Assembly: GCA_027297685.1 (NCBI GenBank)
Contig: JAPUHN010000136.1
Location: forward strand, 1 to 43,596
Direction of reading: 5' to 3'
From: Alphaproteobacteria bacterium
Lineage (GTDB): Bacteria; Pseudomonadota; Alphaproteobacteria; UBA6615
DNA: 43,596 bases
Both the position numbers and the translations under genes were made by a program. The notes beneath the pieces were generated by a model, which was not told the DNA's origin, searched no databases, and saw only the letters and a program-made list of their open reading frames with translations. This document shows positions 18,463 to 28,889 of the stretch, piece after piece (position 1 is the stretch's first letter; each line of letters opens with the position of its first letter).

Positions 18463-21400
18463 TTAAGCCGTGGCGCGTATCTCTTCGGCTTGACGAAGGT
18501 CGACTGAAACCAATTGACTGACCCCTTGTTCGGGCATGGTGATGCCATATAGGCGGTCCATTCGAGCCATCGTCATGCGGTGGTGAGTGACCACCAGAAA
18601 ACGCGTATCGCCGGCGTGCGCGATCTCGTCGAGCAACGTGCAGAAGCGGTCGACGTTGGCGTCGTCGAGGGCGGCATCGACCTCGTCGAGGACACAAATG
18701 GGAGCGGGGTTGGTCAGGAAGACCGCGAACAGCAGCGCGATTGCCGTCATCGTTTGCTCGCCGCCCGATAAAAGCGACAATATTTGCAGTTTTTTGCCCG
18801 GCGGGCTGGCGTAGATATCCAGACCGGCCTGCAGCGGGTCGTCGGCCTCGGTCAGCGCCAAGTGCGCCCGACCGCCTCCGAATAACCGTATGAACAACTC
18901 CTGGAAATGTTTGTTCACCTCTTCGAACGACTTCACCAGGCGCTGCCGGGCCTCGCGGTTCAGGTTACTAATACCCTGGCGCAATCGTGCGATTGCCGAG
19001 ACCAGATCGTCGCGCTCGGATTCGATGGTAACGATTTTCTCCGCCAACTCGTCAGCCTCTTGCTCGGCGCGTAGATTGACCGGGCCCATGTTGTCACGCT
19101 CGCGCAACAGTCGCTCGAAGCGTTTTTCGGCGGACTCGAGCTCGGGAATGTCGCGACCTTCCGGTATTTCGGCCAGTTCGAGAACCCTCGCCGGGTCGCA
19201 TTCCAAGCGCTCGGCGATACGATCGCAGACAATTTCGAGGTTCTGTGCCGCTTGCGCTACCGCGGACTCGGCGCGGACTTTGTTTTCGCGGGTTTCGGCA
19301 AGTCGAGCGTCGGCAGTCCGCAGCGACTTCTCGGCGTCGGATAATTTACCCTCGGCAACCGCCACTTCATCGGCCGCCGCGCGGCGCGCTGCATCGGCGT
19401 CGTTCAGCGTGTCCATCAGCGAATTTCGCTGCGTTTCGATCTCGTGCGGGCGCGCGGCCAAAGTTTCCAGTTCGCCTGCCGCGCCGGCGTCGCGCACCTG
19501 CAATTCGGATACGCGCTCGTCGGCGCCCTTACGCCGGGCGCTCCAGGATGCCTCGTCTGCGACGATCGCGGTAATACGCCGCTGGCGTTCTTCGGCCTCA
19601 CGGACCAAACGGGTATGATCGATCTGCGCCGCTTGGAAGGCGATGCGGGCCTCGCTCAAGCGCACACGGGTCACAGTTACTTCGTCGCGCAGCGTGTCGA
19701 GGTCGCCAATTCCGTCCCGGCGCATTTGCGTCGCTTGGAGGGCTTCCGCGATTTCCTGCATTTCGGCATCGAGATGGGCAATGGTGCTGTGCAGGCTTTC
19801 CAGCCGCGCGCGCTTGGCGTTTATATCTTGCGCCACTTTGGCGTGACCGTTGCGGACCTCGGCGACTTCGCCGTCCAACTGACGCACGCGTTCGCGCGCG
19901 CTGCGTTCGGTTTCGGAAGTTGCCGTGACGGCGTCGACAATTTTTTGATACGCCGCGTCGGCTTGGGAAAAAGCGCGGTCGGCCTCGGGCACGCGTATTT
20001 CCAAGTCGGCCAGACGATTGCGTTGCTTGAGCCGCGCCGACGCCGTCGAGCGGGATTCCGATTTGGCGACGAAGCCGTCCCACCGCCACAAATTGCCGTC
20101 GCGATCGACCAGGCGTTGCCCGGTCTTCAACTGAGCCGACAGGCGCGCGCCGGCTTCGGCATCCTCGACAACACCGACTTGTGACAATCGGCGGGCAAGC
20201 GGGCCCGCCTTGGCGACAAATTCAGATAACGGCCTGGCGCCGTCCGGGACTTTGGGCTCGACCAATAGTTGCGGCAGAAGGCGCCAATGGCGCGGCGCGG
20301 CTTCGTCGGTTGAGGCCTCTAAATCGTCGCCGAGCGCGGCGCCAAGTGCAGCCTCGTAGCCCGGCGAGACGTCGACCTCATCGAGGACCGGCGTCCAGGA
20401 TCCGTTGTCGTCGCTCTCGCTGGTAAGCAGATCCTGCAGGGCGGCGGCCTCGGCGCGCAGACGCGAGCGAACCTCTTCCTTGGCGGTGCGAAGCTCGCGC
20501 GATGCTTCGCGCTCGTTGTTCGCTTCCACGCGCGCGTGCTCCGCTGTATCCAACGCGTCGCGCGCTTCGGCAAGCTGCGCCTCGATCGTCGTAACGGCCT
20601 TTTCGGACTCGGCCAAGATGGCGGGATCGATACCTTCAGCCGTCAAGGTGTCGCGTTCTTCACTCGCATTGGTGAGCTGCAACCGCCGGCGATTAGCCCG
20701 CGCGGCAAGGCCGCTAAGTTCGCGATCGATTGCCGTCAGCTGTGCGTCGCCGCTGGCCACCTGTTCGGCCAACGCCGTCAGCTCCGATTCGACCGCCGCG
20801 GCACGGTCGCGCGTTTGATCGACCGCGCGGTTTGCCGCCTCGATCAGCTCGTCTTCGCCGCTGCAAGCGCGCTCGATTTCGTTGCGTTCACCAGTCAGCC
20901 GGGCCAACGCCGCTCCCGCCTCGGCGGTCAGTCCTTGCTCGCGGGCGAGATCGGCGGCAATCTGGTCGCGGCGCGTTGTCCATTGCTCGATCGCCTCGCG
21001 GACTCGCTTTTCCTCGGCATCCAGCTCGTTGCGCGCCATCGTCAGCCGTTGCAACTCGGCGGCGGCGCGGACTTCAGCGTCGCGCAGCGGCACTACCGCC
21101 TCGGCCAAGGATTCGCGCTTCACGGTTGCCCGAGCGACCAGTGCGGTCTCGTCAGCGACCGCTTCTTCGGCAATGCCAAGGCCCGCTTGCGCGACCCCGA
21201 CTTGCTCGCTGGCCTCCGTCCAGCGATGGTGCAGGACAATCGACTCGGTCTTACGGATATCGTGCGAAATGTTGCGGTAGCGCCGCGCCTGGCGTGCCTG
21301 CTTTTTGAGCGCTGTCAGTTGCGCATCAAGGGTAATCAACACATCGTCCAGCCGTTCGAGGTTTGTCTCGGCGGCGCGCAAGCGCAATTCCGCCTCGTGG

Positions 21401-21930
21401 CGGCGCGAATGGAGGCCGGTAATACCGGCGGCTTCTTCCAGAAGCAGACGGCGGTCGGTGGCCTTTGCGTTGATAACCGCGCCGATCCGCCCCTGGCTGA
21501 CCAGCGCCGTCGAACGCGGGCCGGTCGCCTGATCGGCGAACAGTATCTGGACATCGCGGGCCCGTACTTCTCGCCCGTTGATGCGGTAGGTCGAACCCTT
21601 TTCCCGCTCGATCCGCCGCGACACTTCTACTTCTTCGCCGTCGTTGAATTGCGAAGGCGCGTCACGTTCGGTGTTGTCGAGCGACAGCACCACCTCGGCG
21701 ACGTTGCGCGCCGGGCGGTCGGCGGTACCTCCGAATATAATGTCGTCCATGCCGGCGCCGCGCATTTGCTTGGCCGACGTTTCGCCCATCACCCAGCGCA
21801 GACCTTCGACCAGGTTCGATTTGCCGCAGCCGTTCGGTCCGACGACGCCGGTCAGCCCCGGCATGATCTCCATCTCGGTGCCGTCGACGAAGGATTTAAA
21901 GCCTGTCAGTGTGAGTCGGTTAAATTGCAC
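18463..21930 (-). CDS. smc: Chromosome segregation protein SMC
   Basis: GFKSF, Walker A GPNGCGKSN, coiled coils around a central hinge, LSGGE signature, Walker B LDEVD. Confidence 0.97.
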   Translation of the reverse strand: MQFNRLTLTGFKSFVDGTEMEIMPGLTGVVGPNGCGKSNLVEGLRWVMGETSAKQMRGAGMDDIIFGGTADRPARNVAEVVLSLDNTERDAPSQFNDGEEVEVSRRIEREKGSTYRINGREVRARDVQILFADQATGPRSTALVSQGRIGAVINAKATDRRLLLEEAAGITGLHSRRHEAELRLRAAETNLERLDDVLITLDAQLTALKKQARQARRYRNISHDIRKTESIVLHHRWTEASEQVGVAQAGLGIAEEAVADETALVARATVKRESLAEAVVPLRDAEVRAAAELQRLTMARNELDAEEKRVREAIEQWTTRRDQIAADLAREQGLTAEAGAALARLTGERNEIERACSGEDELIEAANRAVDQTRDRAAAVESELTALAEQVASGDAQLTAIDRELSGLAARANRRRLQLTNASEERDTLTAEGIDPAILAESEKAVTTIEAQLAEARDALDTAEHARVEANNEREASRELRTAKEEVRSRLRAEAAALQDLLTSESDDNGSWTPVLDEVDVSPGYEAALGAALGDDLEASTDEAAPRHWRLLPQLLVEPKVPDGARPLSEFVAKAGPLARRLSQVGVVEDAEAGARLSAQLKTGQRLVDRDGNLWRWDGFVAKSESRSTASARLKQRNRLADLEIRVPEADRAFSQADAAYQKIVDAVTATSETERSARERVRQLDGEVAEVRNGHAKVAQDINAKRARLESLHSTIAHLDAEMQEIAEALQATQMRRDGIGDLDTLRDEVTVTRVRLSEARIAFQAAQIDHTRLVREAEERQRRITAIVADEASWSARRKGADERVSELQVRDAGAAGELETLAARPHEIETQRNSLMDTLNDADAARRAAADEVAVAEGKLSDAEKSLRTADARLAETRENKVRAESAVAQAAQNLEIVCDRIAERLECDPARVLELAEIPEGRDIPELESAEKRFERLLRERDNMGPVNLRAEQEADELAEKIVTIESERDDLVSAIARLRQGISNLNREARQRLVKSFEEVNKHFQELFIRLFGGGRAHLALTEADDPLQAGLDIYASPPGKKLQILSLLSGGEQTMTAIALLFAVFLTNPAPICVLDEVDAALDDANVDRFCTLLDEIAHAGDTRFLVVTHHRMTMARMDRLYGITMPEQGVSQLVSVDLRQAEEIRATA

Positions 21931-21990
21931 TTATCTGTCTACCCCCGAGCTGGCCGAAATCGGACGACCAGCGTCATTGTGACCGGCGAA

Positions 21991-22635
21991 TCAGTTATCC
22001 GCCAGTAATGGATCGATAATTTCGGCAAATTCTTCTATCGAATAGCTGCCCGGATAAACCGTGCCGTTGACAATAAACGTCGGTGTGAACTTGACGCCGG
22101 CGTCGACGCCCTGCTGACGGAATTGGAACAGGCCGTCGCGAAGTTCCGGCGAAGCTAGGCAGGCGCTCAACATCGACGCATCGAGACCGGCGATTTTGGC
22201 CAGCGCTGCGGTCGGTTTCTCGGCACTCGCCCAGTCGGTCTGCGTTGCATAGAGCGTCCGGACCAGATCGAAATATCCTGGTGTGTCGGCGCAGCGTGCC
22301 GCCATCGACGCCCGTAGCGATACATTATCGAGGGGAAAGTCGCTGTAAATCAACTTAACCCGGCCGGTATCGATGTAGCGCTTGATCAACCCGTCGTAGT
22401 CGGCGCCGGTGTGAAAGCTGGCGCACAGCGGACAGGTGAACGACGCATATTCGATGATTGTGACCGGCGCTGCCGGATCGCCGGTGATCCGGTCAGCCAG
22501 CGCGGCGCCAACGTCGATGGCGCTCTTTGCGCCGGTCGGCGCCGCCAGGACGAGCCACAGAACGGCGGCGATACCGATTCGCGGCAAAATGCGAGATATA
22601 TGAGCATGTAGTCCCAATATACTCTCCACGCACAA
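21991..22635 (-). CDS. DsbA-family thioredoxin-fold protein (start uncertain)
   Basis: G.P.APVTIIEYASFTCPLC, DFPLD, FTPTFIVNG; signal-like N-terminus; usual position upstream of smc. Confidence 0.85.
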   Translation of the reverse strand: MCVESILGLHAHISRILPRIGIAAVLWLVLAAPTGAKSAIDVGAALADRITGDPAAPVTIIEYASFTCPLCASFHTGADYDGLIKRYIDTGRVKLIYSDFPLDNVSLRASMAARCADTPGYFDLVRTLYATQTDWASAEKPTAALAKIAGLDASMLSACLASPELRDGLFQFRQQGVDAGVKFTPTFIVNGTVYPGSYSIEEFAEIIDPLLADN

Positions 22636-22710
22636 GATATTGATTATATGTCGTGTGGATTGACCCGCACAAGCGGGGTTTGAGTGCGCGTATGAGCCGC
22701 CTCAGGTTTG

Positions 22711-24639
22711 CTACCAGCCGCCGCCGCCGCCCCCGCCACCGCCGCCGCCGGATGAGCCGCCGCCGCCGGAACCGCTACTCGATCCGGGTGCGGTCGAGGC
22801 GGAAGATACCGCACCGGCGAACCCGCCGCCGAGCGAGGAAGCGAAATCGCTGAAACCACTATCGAGGCTCCGTCCCGAGTACCAGCGCGGGCTGTAGTGG
22901 CGTCCACCCGCTGCAGGGTCGCTACCGGCCTGCGCCAAGACGTCGGAAAATTGCTCGGACCATTGCTGTTCTACGCCGAGCGCCAGCGCGTAGGGAAGGA
23001 ACTGTTCGAACAATTCCGGCGTCCTGTCTGGTGGGTTAAGCAGGTTCATGCGGTCTTTTTCGGCGACCGAAAGATAGTCTCTAAATCCTTCGATCCCGTC
23101 CATCGCCCGGCGGCCGAGCCGCGTTGGCGCCTTAAGAAGATGGTAAAACACCAGGTTTGAAAGTTGCATCAAAACGACGATTACGGCAGCACCAATCGAA
23201 GTTGATTCGGCGTAAAATGCGAGCCCCATCACCTCGCCGCCAAAAAACGGCAGCGAAAAAAGCGTCATGACAATCGCTTCAAAACGCGTTATCGAGCCGC
23301 CTCCGGCGATAACGGCTTGCCACCCGCGCCAGGCGCGGAGACCAAGATAGTAAACAACACCAGTCCAGATAGTGAGCCAGACGGAGGCGAATGCCGCCTC
23401 GAAAGGTTGATCGGCCGCGGCCACTAGCGCAATTAACGCCAGGACCGTAAGTCCGATTCCAGGCGCAAAATATCCGGTATTGCGAACGAAATAGATTTTT
23501 TCGAACTCCGTCCGCAGCGATTGTTGCAGCGCTTTTTTTGCCGCCTGCAGGGTTTTGTGATTCTTCTGCTTGAGTTCGATCTTGAGTCGGGAAATCGAGA
23601 AGAGTTTTCGGGCGAGCGCCGACTCGCCTTTGGAAAGACCCGCTGATTGTCCGGTCAATTCAAGCGTATAGGTTTTTTTCTTTTCCTCCTCAATGGTGAG
23701 ATATCCCTTCACTGCCATGCTGACGATGGCTGCGGTGAAGGTCTTATCGTCGAAGCCCATCCGCGTCACATAACGCGCACCGGCGGGCGAAACGCCGTTC
23801 GGCGGCGCGTAGAGCGGAAAAATAGGTCCCGTCTCGGGATCGCGGCCAACTTTGGCCCAGGCGATAAGGTAATAGGCGAAAAGAATCGCAAGCCCGAACA
23901 CGCCTGCGAGAACACCACTGTTATCGCGTAGAACGTATCCTAGCCGTTGCTCATTGCTGGGCCGTTGGATGAAGCCGCGCGGCCACGAGACAGCGATCGT
24001 CAGCCCTTCGCCTGGTTTCAGGGTACGGCTGGTTTCAACGCTAAATGTCTCGTCGTTTTGTGCGGTGTAGGTAAAGTCCCGGCCTCGTTCGCCGGCACGG
24101 CCGGTGTAGCCGGCACGATTGAGGACGCGGGCGCCGTCGGGCAGATGCACTGTTGCTCGCGCCCGCTCGATGGGAAAATCCCAACCATTTCCCGTGACAT
24201 TCCAGAACAGTTCATCGAAATCGTCGAAGAAGCCGAGCTGGCGGTCCGTGCGATAGGTGATGCGGTAGACGTGGCGTCCCTTTGGAATGAGTACGTCGGC
24301 GTCGCCAATGCGGATGCGGATGCCATTCGACAGCTGCTCGGTGCGATACGGTTCGCGTTTGCCATTGCGCAACACTTCTTGCACTTCGAACCCAACGACA
24401 AAGCGGTTGCCTGAGAGATCCCTATACTTTGTCGGAAAATCTCGGAAAATCCCGCGCCTGATTTTGCGCCGGGTGCTGTCGACCGTGATGGTCTCGCGAA
24501 CCGTCATCGAGGCGTCGCCATGCACCCAGATCTCGCTGTCGAAGGAGACGATGCGTTCGCGCGTCTGCGCCGATGCCGGTTGCGCGTTTACGGCAACCGC
24601 GAATAATACCGCCAGTGCTGCGAGCAGGAATTTAGTCAA
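22711..24639 (-). CDS. DUF2207 family membrane protein
   Basis: ERI.SFDS, RRGIFRDFP, DELFWNVTGNGW.FPI, several TM helices, LPYALALGV, Gly-rich GGGGGGW end; TTG 24639 (8-nt overlap with lemA) preferred over 24681. Confidence 0.88.
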   Translation of the reverse strand: MTKFLLAALAVLFAVAVNAQPASAQTRERIVSFDSEIWVHGDASMTVRETITVDSTRRKIRRGIFRDFPTKYRDLSGNRFVVGFEVQEVLRNGKREPYRTEQLSNGIRIRIGDADVLIPKGRHVYRITYRTDRQLGFFDDFDELFWNVTGNGWDFPIERARATVHLPDGARVLNRAGYTGRAGERGRDFTYTAQNDETFSVETSRTLKPGEGLTIAVSWPRGFIQRPSNEQRLGYVLRDNSGVLAGVFGLAILFAYYLIAWAKVGRDPETGPIFPLYAPPNGVSPAGARYVTRMGFDDKTFTAAIVSMAVKGYLTIEEEKKKTYTLELTGQSAGLSKGESALARKLFSISRLKIELKQKNHKTLQAAKKALQQSLRTEFEKIYFVRNTGYFAPGIGLTVLALIALVAAADQPFEAAFASVWLTIWTGVVYYLGLRAWRGWQAVIAGGGSITRFEAIVMTLFSLPFFGGEVMGLAFYAESTSIGAAVIVVLMQLSNLVFYHLLKAPTRLGRRAMDGIEGFRDYLSVAEKDRMNLLNPPDRTPELFEQFLPYALALGVEQQWSEQFSDVLAQAGSDPAAGGRHYSPRWYSGRSLDSGFSDFASSLGGGFAGAVSSASTAPGSSSGSGGGGSSGGGGGGGGGGGW

Positions 24640-25198
24640 AATTGACCGCGACCGGTTGCCGCGCCGCACTGTCGCCGGCATCGAGTTCGAAAAATTCCGC
24701 CTTGGTGAACTGAAACTTCTGGGCGATAAAATTGCTCGGGAACTGATCGACCCTGGTGTTCATCTCACGGACGCTGCCGTTGTAATAGCGGCGCGCCGCT
24801 TGAATCTTGTCTTCGACCTCGGCGAGATCATTTTGCAGGCTAAGAAAATTCTCGTTCGCTCTCAAATCCGGATAGTCCTCGGCGACTGCGAACACCGATT
24901 TGAGAGCGCCGGCCAGCAGGTTTTCCGTCTGCGCTTGCGCGCCTGGGGTTCCCTCGTTTGAAAGCGCTGCGACCCGAGCCTGGGTGAGCTTCTCCAACGT
25001 GCCTGCTTCGTGATTGGCGTAGCCCTTAACCGTTTCGACCAAATTTGGAACCAGGTTGTAGCGCCGTTTCATTTGCACTTCGATATCGCTCCACGCCCCA
25101 TTCACGCGCACGCGTAGCCTGACGAGGCCGTTGTAGATGACGATCGCGTACAGAATCACCACGGCGAGCAAACCGATTAGAATATAAACAAAGGTCAT
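24632..25198 (-). CDS. lemA: LemA family protein
   Basis: N-terminal TM, YNGLV, AWSDIEVQMKRR..LVPNLVETVKGY, E.YPDLRANENF, ARRYYN, FPSN. Confidence 0.95.
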   Translation of the reverse strand: MTFVYILIGLLAVVILYAIVIYNGLVRLRVRVNGAWSDIEVQMKRRYNLVPNLVETVKGYANHEAGTLEKLTQARVAALSNEGTPGAQAQTENLLAGALKSVFAVAEDYPDLRANENFLSLQNDLAEVEDKIQAARRYYNGSVREMNTRVDQFPSNFIAQKFQFTKAEFFELDAGDSAARQPVAVNFD

Positions 25199-25384
25199 GT
25201 CAGACCCCTTTCATAACCCGCAACGGCAAGATGTTTGACTAAACCAACGAGAGTAGCGGTCGCCGCGCGGGTAACGATTGGTCGAATACCACCGCCTAAT
25301 TATTTAACATATGAGTCAAGCCCTGCCTGCGATCATTGCCTAAAATTAGCTAGTATTTCGGTACCACCGAGTAGAAACCGGCGA

Positions 25385-25891
25385 TTACTCCGCCTTGGTA
25401 TCGCTGCCCGCCCGGCGTTGCTTGCGGCTCAGCACACCGCGTCCCAACGCATCTAAGGCGTGGCGTAAATCGTCGTCGGCGATACTGTCCAGTTGTGCGG
25501 CCAGCGCGGCGGCATCCTCATCGGAGGGCGGTGGCGCGGCCGGGCGAGCCGCTGGCTTGCGCGCAACGATCGGTCCCTGCTGCAAGGCGATGCGCGCGAT
25601 TGCCTGGTAGCCGAAATAGCCGTTGATGCGCTCGATGACCTGCGGCTGCAAATGCTGGAGTTCGAGCGCCAGTGCGCCGCTGACCCGGATGTGCAACGTG
25701 CCGCCGGTCCCGTCGGCGCCGCGGGCGATGCGCAGGGGTACACATTCGGCGGCCAATGCCGCGCCGATGATATCGGGCCATTCCGACATCAGCGCCGCAT
25801 CGGCCAGCCCGCGTTTCCGGCGGATCGGTCCAGTCACGCGGTCGGCTTCGGCGGCGACGGCCCGCAGGCTTTTATTGCGGCGCGGCGGCAT
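25385..25891 (-). CDS. dciA: DciA (DUF721) replicative helicase loader
   Basis: W.DIIG..LA....P, LELQH....VIERINGYFGY.AI.RI.L.QG; divergent from mutY; ATG at 25891. Confidence 0.85.
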   Translation of the reverse strand: MPPRRNKSLRAVAAEADRVTGPIRRKRGLADAALMSEWPDIIGAALAAECVPLRIARGADGTGGTLHIRVSGALALELQHLQPQVIERINGYFGYQAIARIALQQGPIVARKPAARPAAPPPSDEDAAALAAQLDSIADDDLRHALDALGRGVLSRKQRRAGSDTKAE

Positions 25892-25998
25892 GGCAAATGG
25901 TCTTACCGAAATTGGTGTTGGGTCATATGGTAGGGCGCATGATAGGGCTGAGCTCAGGTGCGGACAACCGGGCAACGGCAGCGAGAGTGCGGAGAAAA

Positions 25999-27051
25999 AT
26001 GGCCAACCCGAGCGCCACAGTATTGCTCGACTGGTACGACCGGCACGCGCGCCGGCTGCCGTGGCGGGTGTCGCCGGCGCAAGCCCGCCGCGGCCGGCGG
26101 CCCGACCCCTACCGGGTGTGGCTCAGCGAAGTGATGTTGCAGCAAACCACCGTCGCCACGGTCGGCCCCTATTTCCGCGCCTTCCTCGAGCGATGGCCGA
26201 CGGTCGGCGATTTGGCGGCAACCGACCTCGACGCGGTGCTGCACGCGTGGGCCGGCCTGGGTTATTACGCCCGGGCGCGCAACCTGCATAAGTGCGCCCG
26301 TGCGGTGGTCGATCAATGCGGCGGTGTGTTTCCCGATACGCCGAAAGGTTTGCGGGCGTTGCCCGGCATCGGCCCTTACACGGCGGCGGCGATTGCCGCT
26401 ATCGCATTCGACCGCCCGGCGACGGTTGTCGACGGCAATGTCGAGCGGGTGATGGCCCGCTTGTTCGCGGTCGAAGAAAGTCTGCCGGTGGCGAAACCCC
26501 AGTTACACCTGCTGGCCGATGCGCTGACTCCGCAATCGCGGCCCGGCGATTATGCCCAGGCAGTGATGGATTTGGGCGCAACCGTGTGTACGCCCCGGTC
26601 GCCCAAATGCCTGATGTGCCCTTGGCAACGGGACTGTCGCGCACAAGCGCTTGGTATCGCCGAATCTTTGCCCCGGCGCGCGCCCAAGGCGGAACGGCCG
26701 CTGCGCCGGGGATTGGTATTCTGGACAGTGCGTAGCGATGGCGCTGTCTTACTGCGCCGACGGCCGGAGCGAGGCTTGCTCGGCGGTATGATGGAGGTGC
26801 CGTCGAGCGACTGGGCGGCGCGCAAGCCGGCCGGCCTGGATCAAGCGCCGGTTACCGCCGATTGGCGCGAACTGCCCGGCCGGGTGAACCACGGGTTCAC
26901 TCATTTCAAGCTCGAGCTGACTGTCCTGGTGGCGCGGGTGCGAAAAAACGCCAAGGCCGAGGGGGTGTGGATCATGCCCGAGGCGTTCGGCGACCACGCC
27001 CTGCCGACCCTGACCAAGAAAGTGGTACGCCACGCGTTCGCAAATATGTGA
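25999..27051 (+). CDS. mutY: A/G-specific adenine glycosylase
   Basis: WLSEVMLQQT, GLGYYARARNL, HhH LPGIGPYTA, VDGNV, FeS motif CTPRSPKCLMCPWQRDC; ATG 25999 after GGAGA. Confidence 0.96.
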   Translation: MANPSATVLLDWYDRHARRLPWRVSPAQARRGRRPDPYRVWLSEVMLQQTTVATVGPYFRAFLERWPTVGDLAATDLDAVLHAWAGLGYYARARNLHKCARAVVDQCGGVFPDTPKGLRALPGIGPYTAAAIAAIAFDRPATVVDGNVERVMARLFAVEESLPVAKPQLHLLADALTPQSRPGDYAQAVMDLGATVCTPRSPKCLMCPWQRDCRAQALGIAESLPRRAPKAERPLRRGLVFWTVRSDGAVLLRRRPERGLLGGMMEVPSSDWAARKPAGLDQAPVTADWRELPGRVNHGFTHFKLELTVLVARVRKNAKAEGVWIMPEAFGDHALPTLTKKVVRHAFANM

Positions 27052-27065
27052 GCGGTTACCAGTGC

Positions 27066-28202
<1,137 letters not shown>

Positions 28203-28252
28203 TCAATCAAAAAATTGACCAAATCGCCGATATTGTGTTTGGAATCAGCGCA

Positions 28253-28888
28253 TTAACGATATGTAGCGGTCTCAAGCAGAATTTTTTTGATCGGAGCGAA
28301 GCTTTTCCGGTGGTGGCGGGTCGGTCCCAGGCTGGCCAGCGCGTCCTGATGCTGGCGGGTTCCGTAGCCGGCATTGCGTTCCCAACCAAACCCCGGACAC
28401 TCTTGCGCCAATTCGCCCATAAGGCGGTCACGCGAGACTTTGGCAAAAATCGACGCGGCGGCGATGGACAGCACGAGGCTATCGCCGTTGACGATGGCTT
28501 TGGCCGGCATTGGCAGGTCGGGAACCCGATTGCCGTCGACCAGGACCGAGTTCGCCGCGACCGGCAAGGCAGCGACGGCGCGCTGCATCGCCAGCATGGT
28601 GGCGCCGAGGATATTCAACGCGTCGATTTCCTCGACATCGGCATGCCCGAGCGCGAGCCACGCGTCGCCGGCATCGCAGACGCGGGCCAGCGCCTCGAAA
28701 TATTTCTCACGCGCCCGCTTGCCGATCGCTTTTGAGTCGTCGAGACCGGCGAGTTCGGGCGTGGCCGCGGCGCGCGGGCTCAAGATCGCCGCGCCGGCGA
28801 AAACCGGCCCGGCCCAGGACCCGCGGCCAACTTCGTCGACCCCGGCGACCTTGCCGCCGGCGGCGGCCTCTCGTGCGTAGTCCGGCAC
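28253..28888 (-). CDS. rnhB: Ribonuclease HII
   Basis: AGVDEVGRG..AGPV, DDSK, VDGN, SIAAASIFAKV.RD, HHRKSFAP; GTG at 28888 just after the antiporter stop. Confidence 0.95.
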   Translation of the reverse strand: MPDYAREAAAGGKVAGVDEVGRGSWAGPVFAGAAILSPRAAATPELAGLDDSKAIGKRAREKYFEALARVCDAGDAWLALGHADVEEIDALNILGATMLAMQRAVAALPVAANSVLVDGNRVPDLPMPAKAIVNGDSLVLSIAAASIFAKVSRDRLMGELAQECPGFGWERNAGYGTRQHQDALASLGPTRHHRKSFAPIKKILLETATYR

Positions 28889-28889
28889 G

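Noticed and set aside
20536-22008. 490-aa plus-strand ORF
   Set aside because: Antisense shadow of smc with no motifs; long antisense frames are expected at this GC content
22711-22800. GCC-type tandem repeats
   Set aside because: Encode the normal Gly-rich C-terminus of DUF2207 proteins
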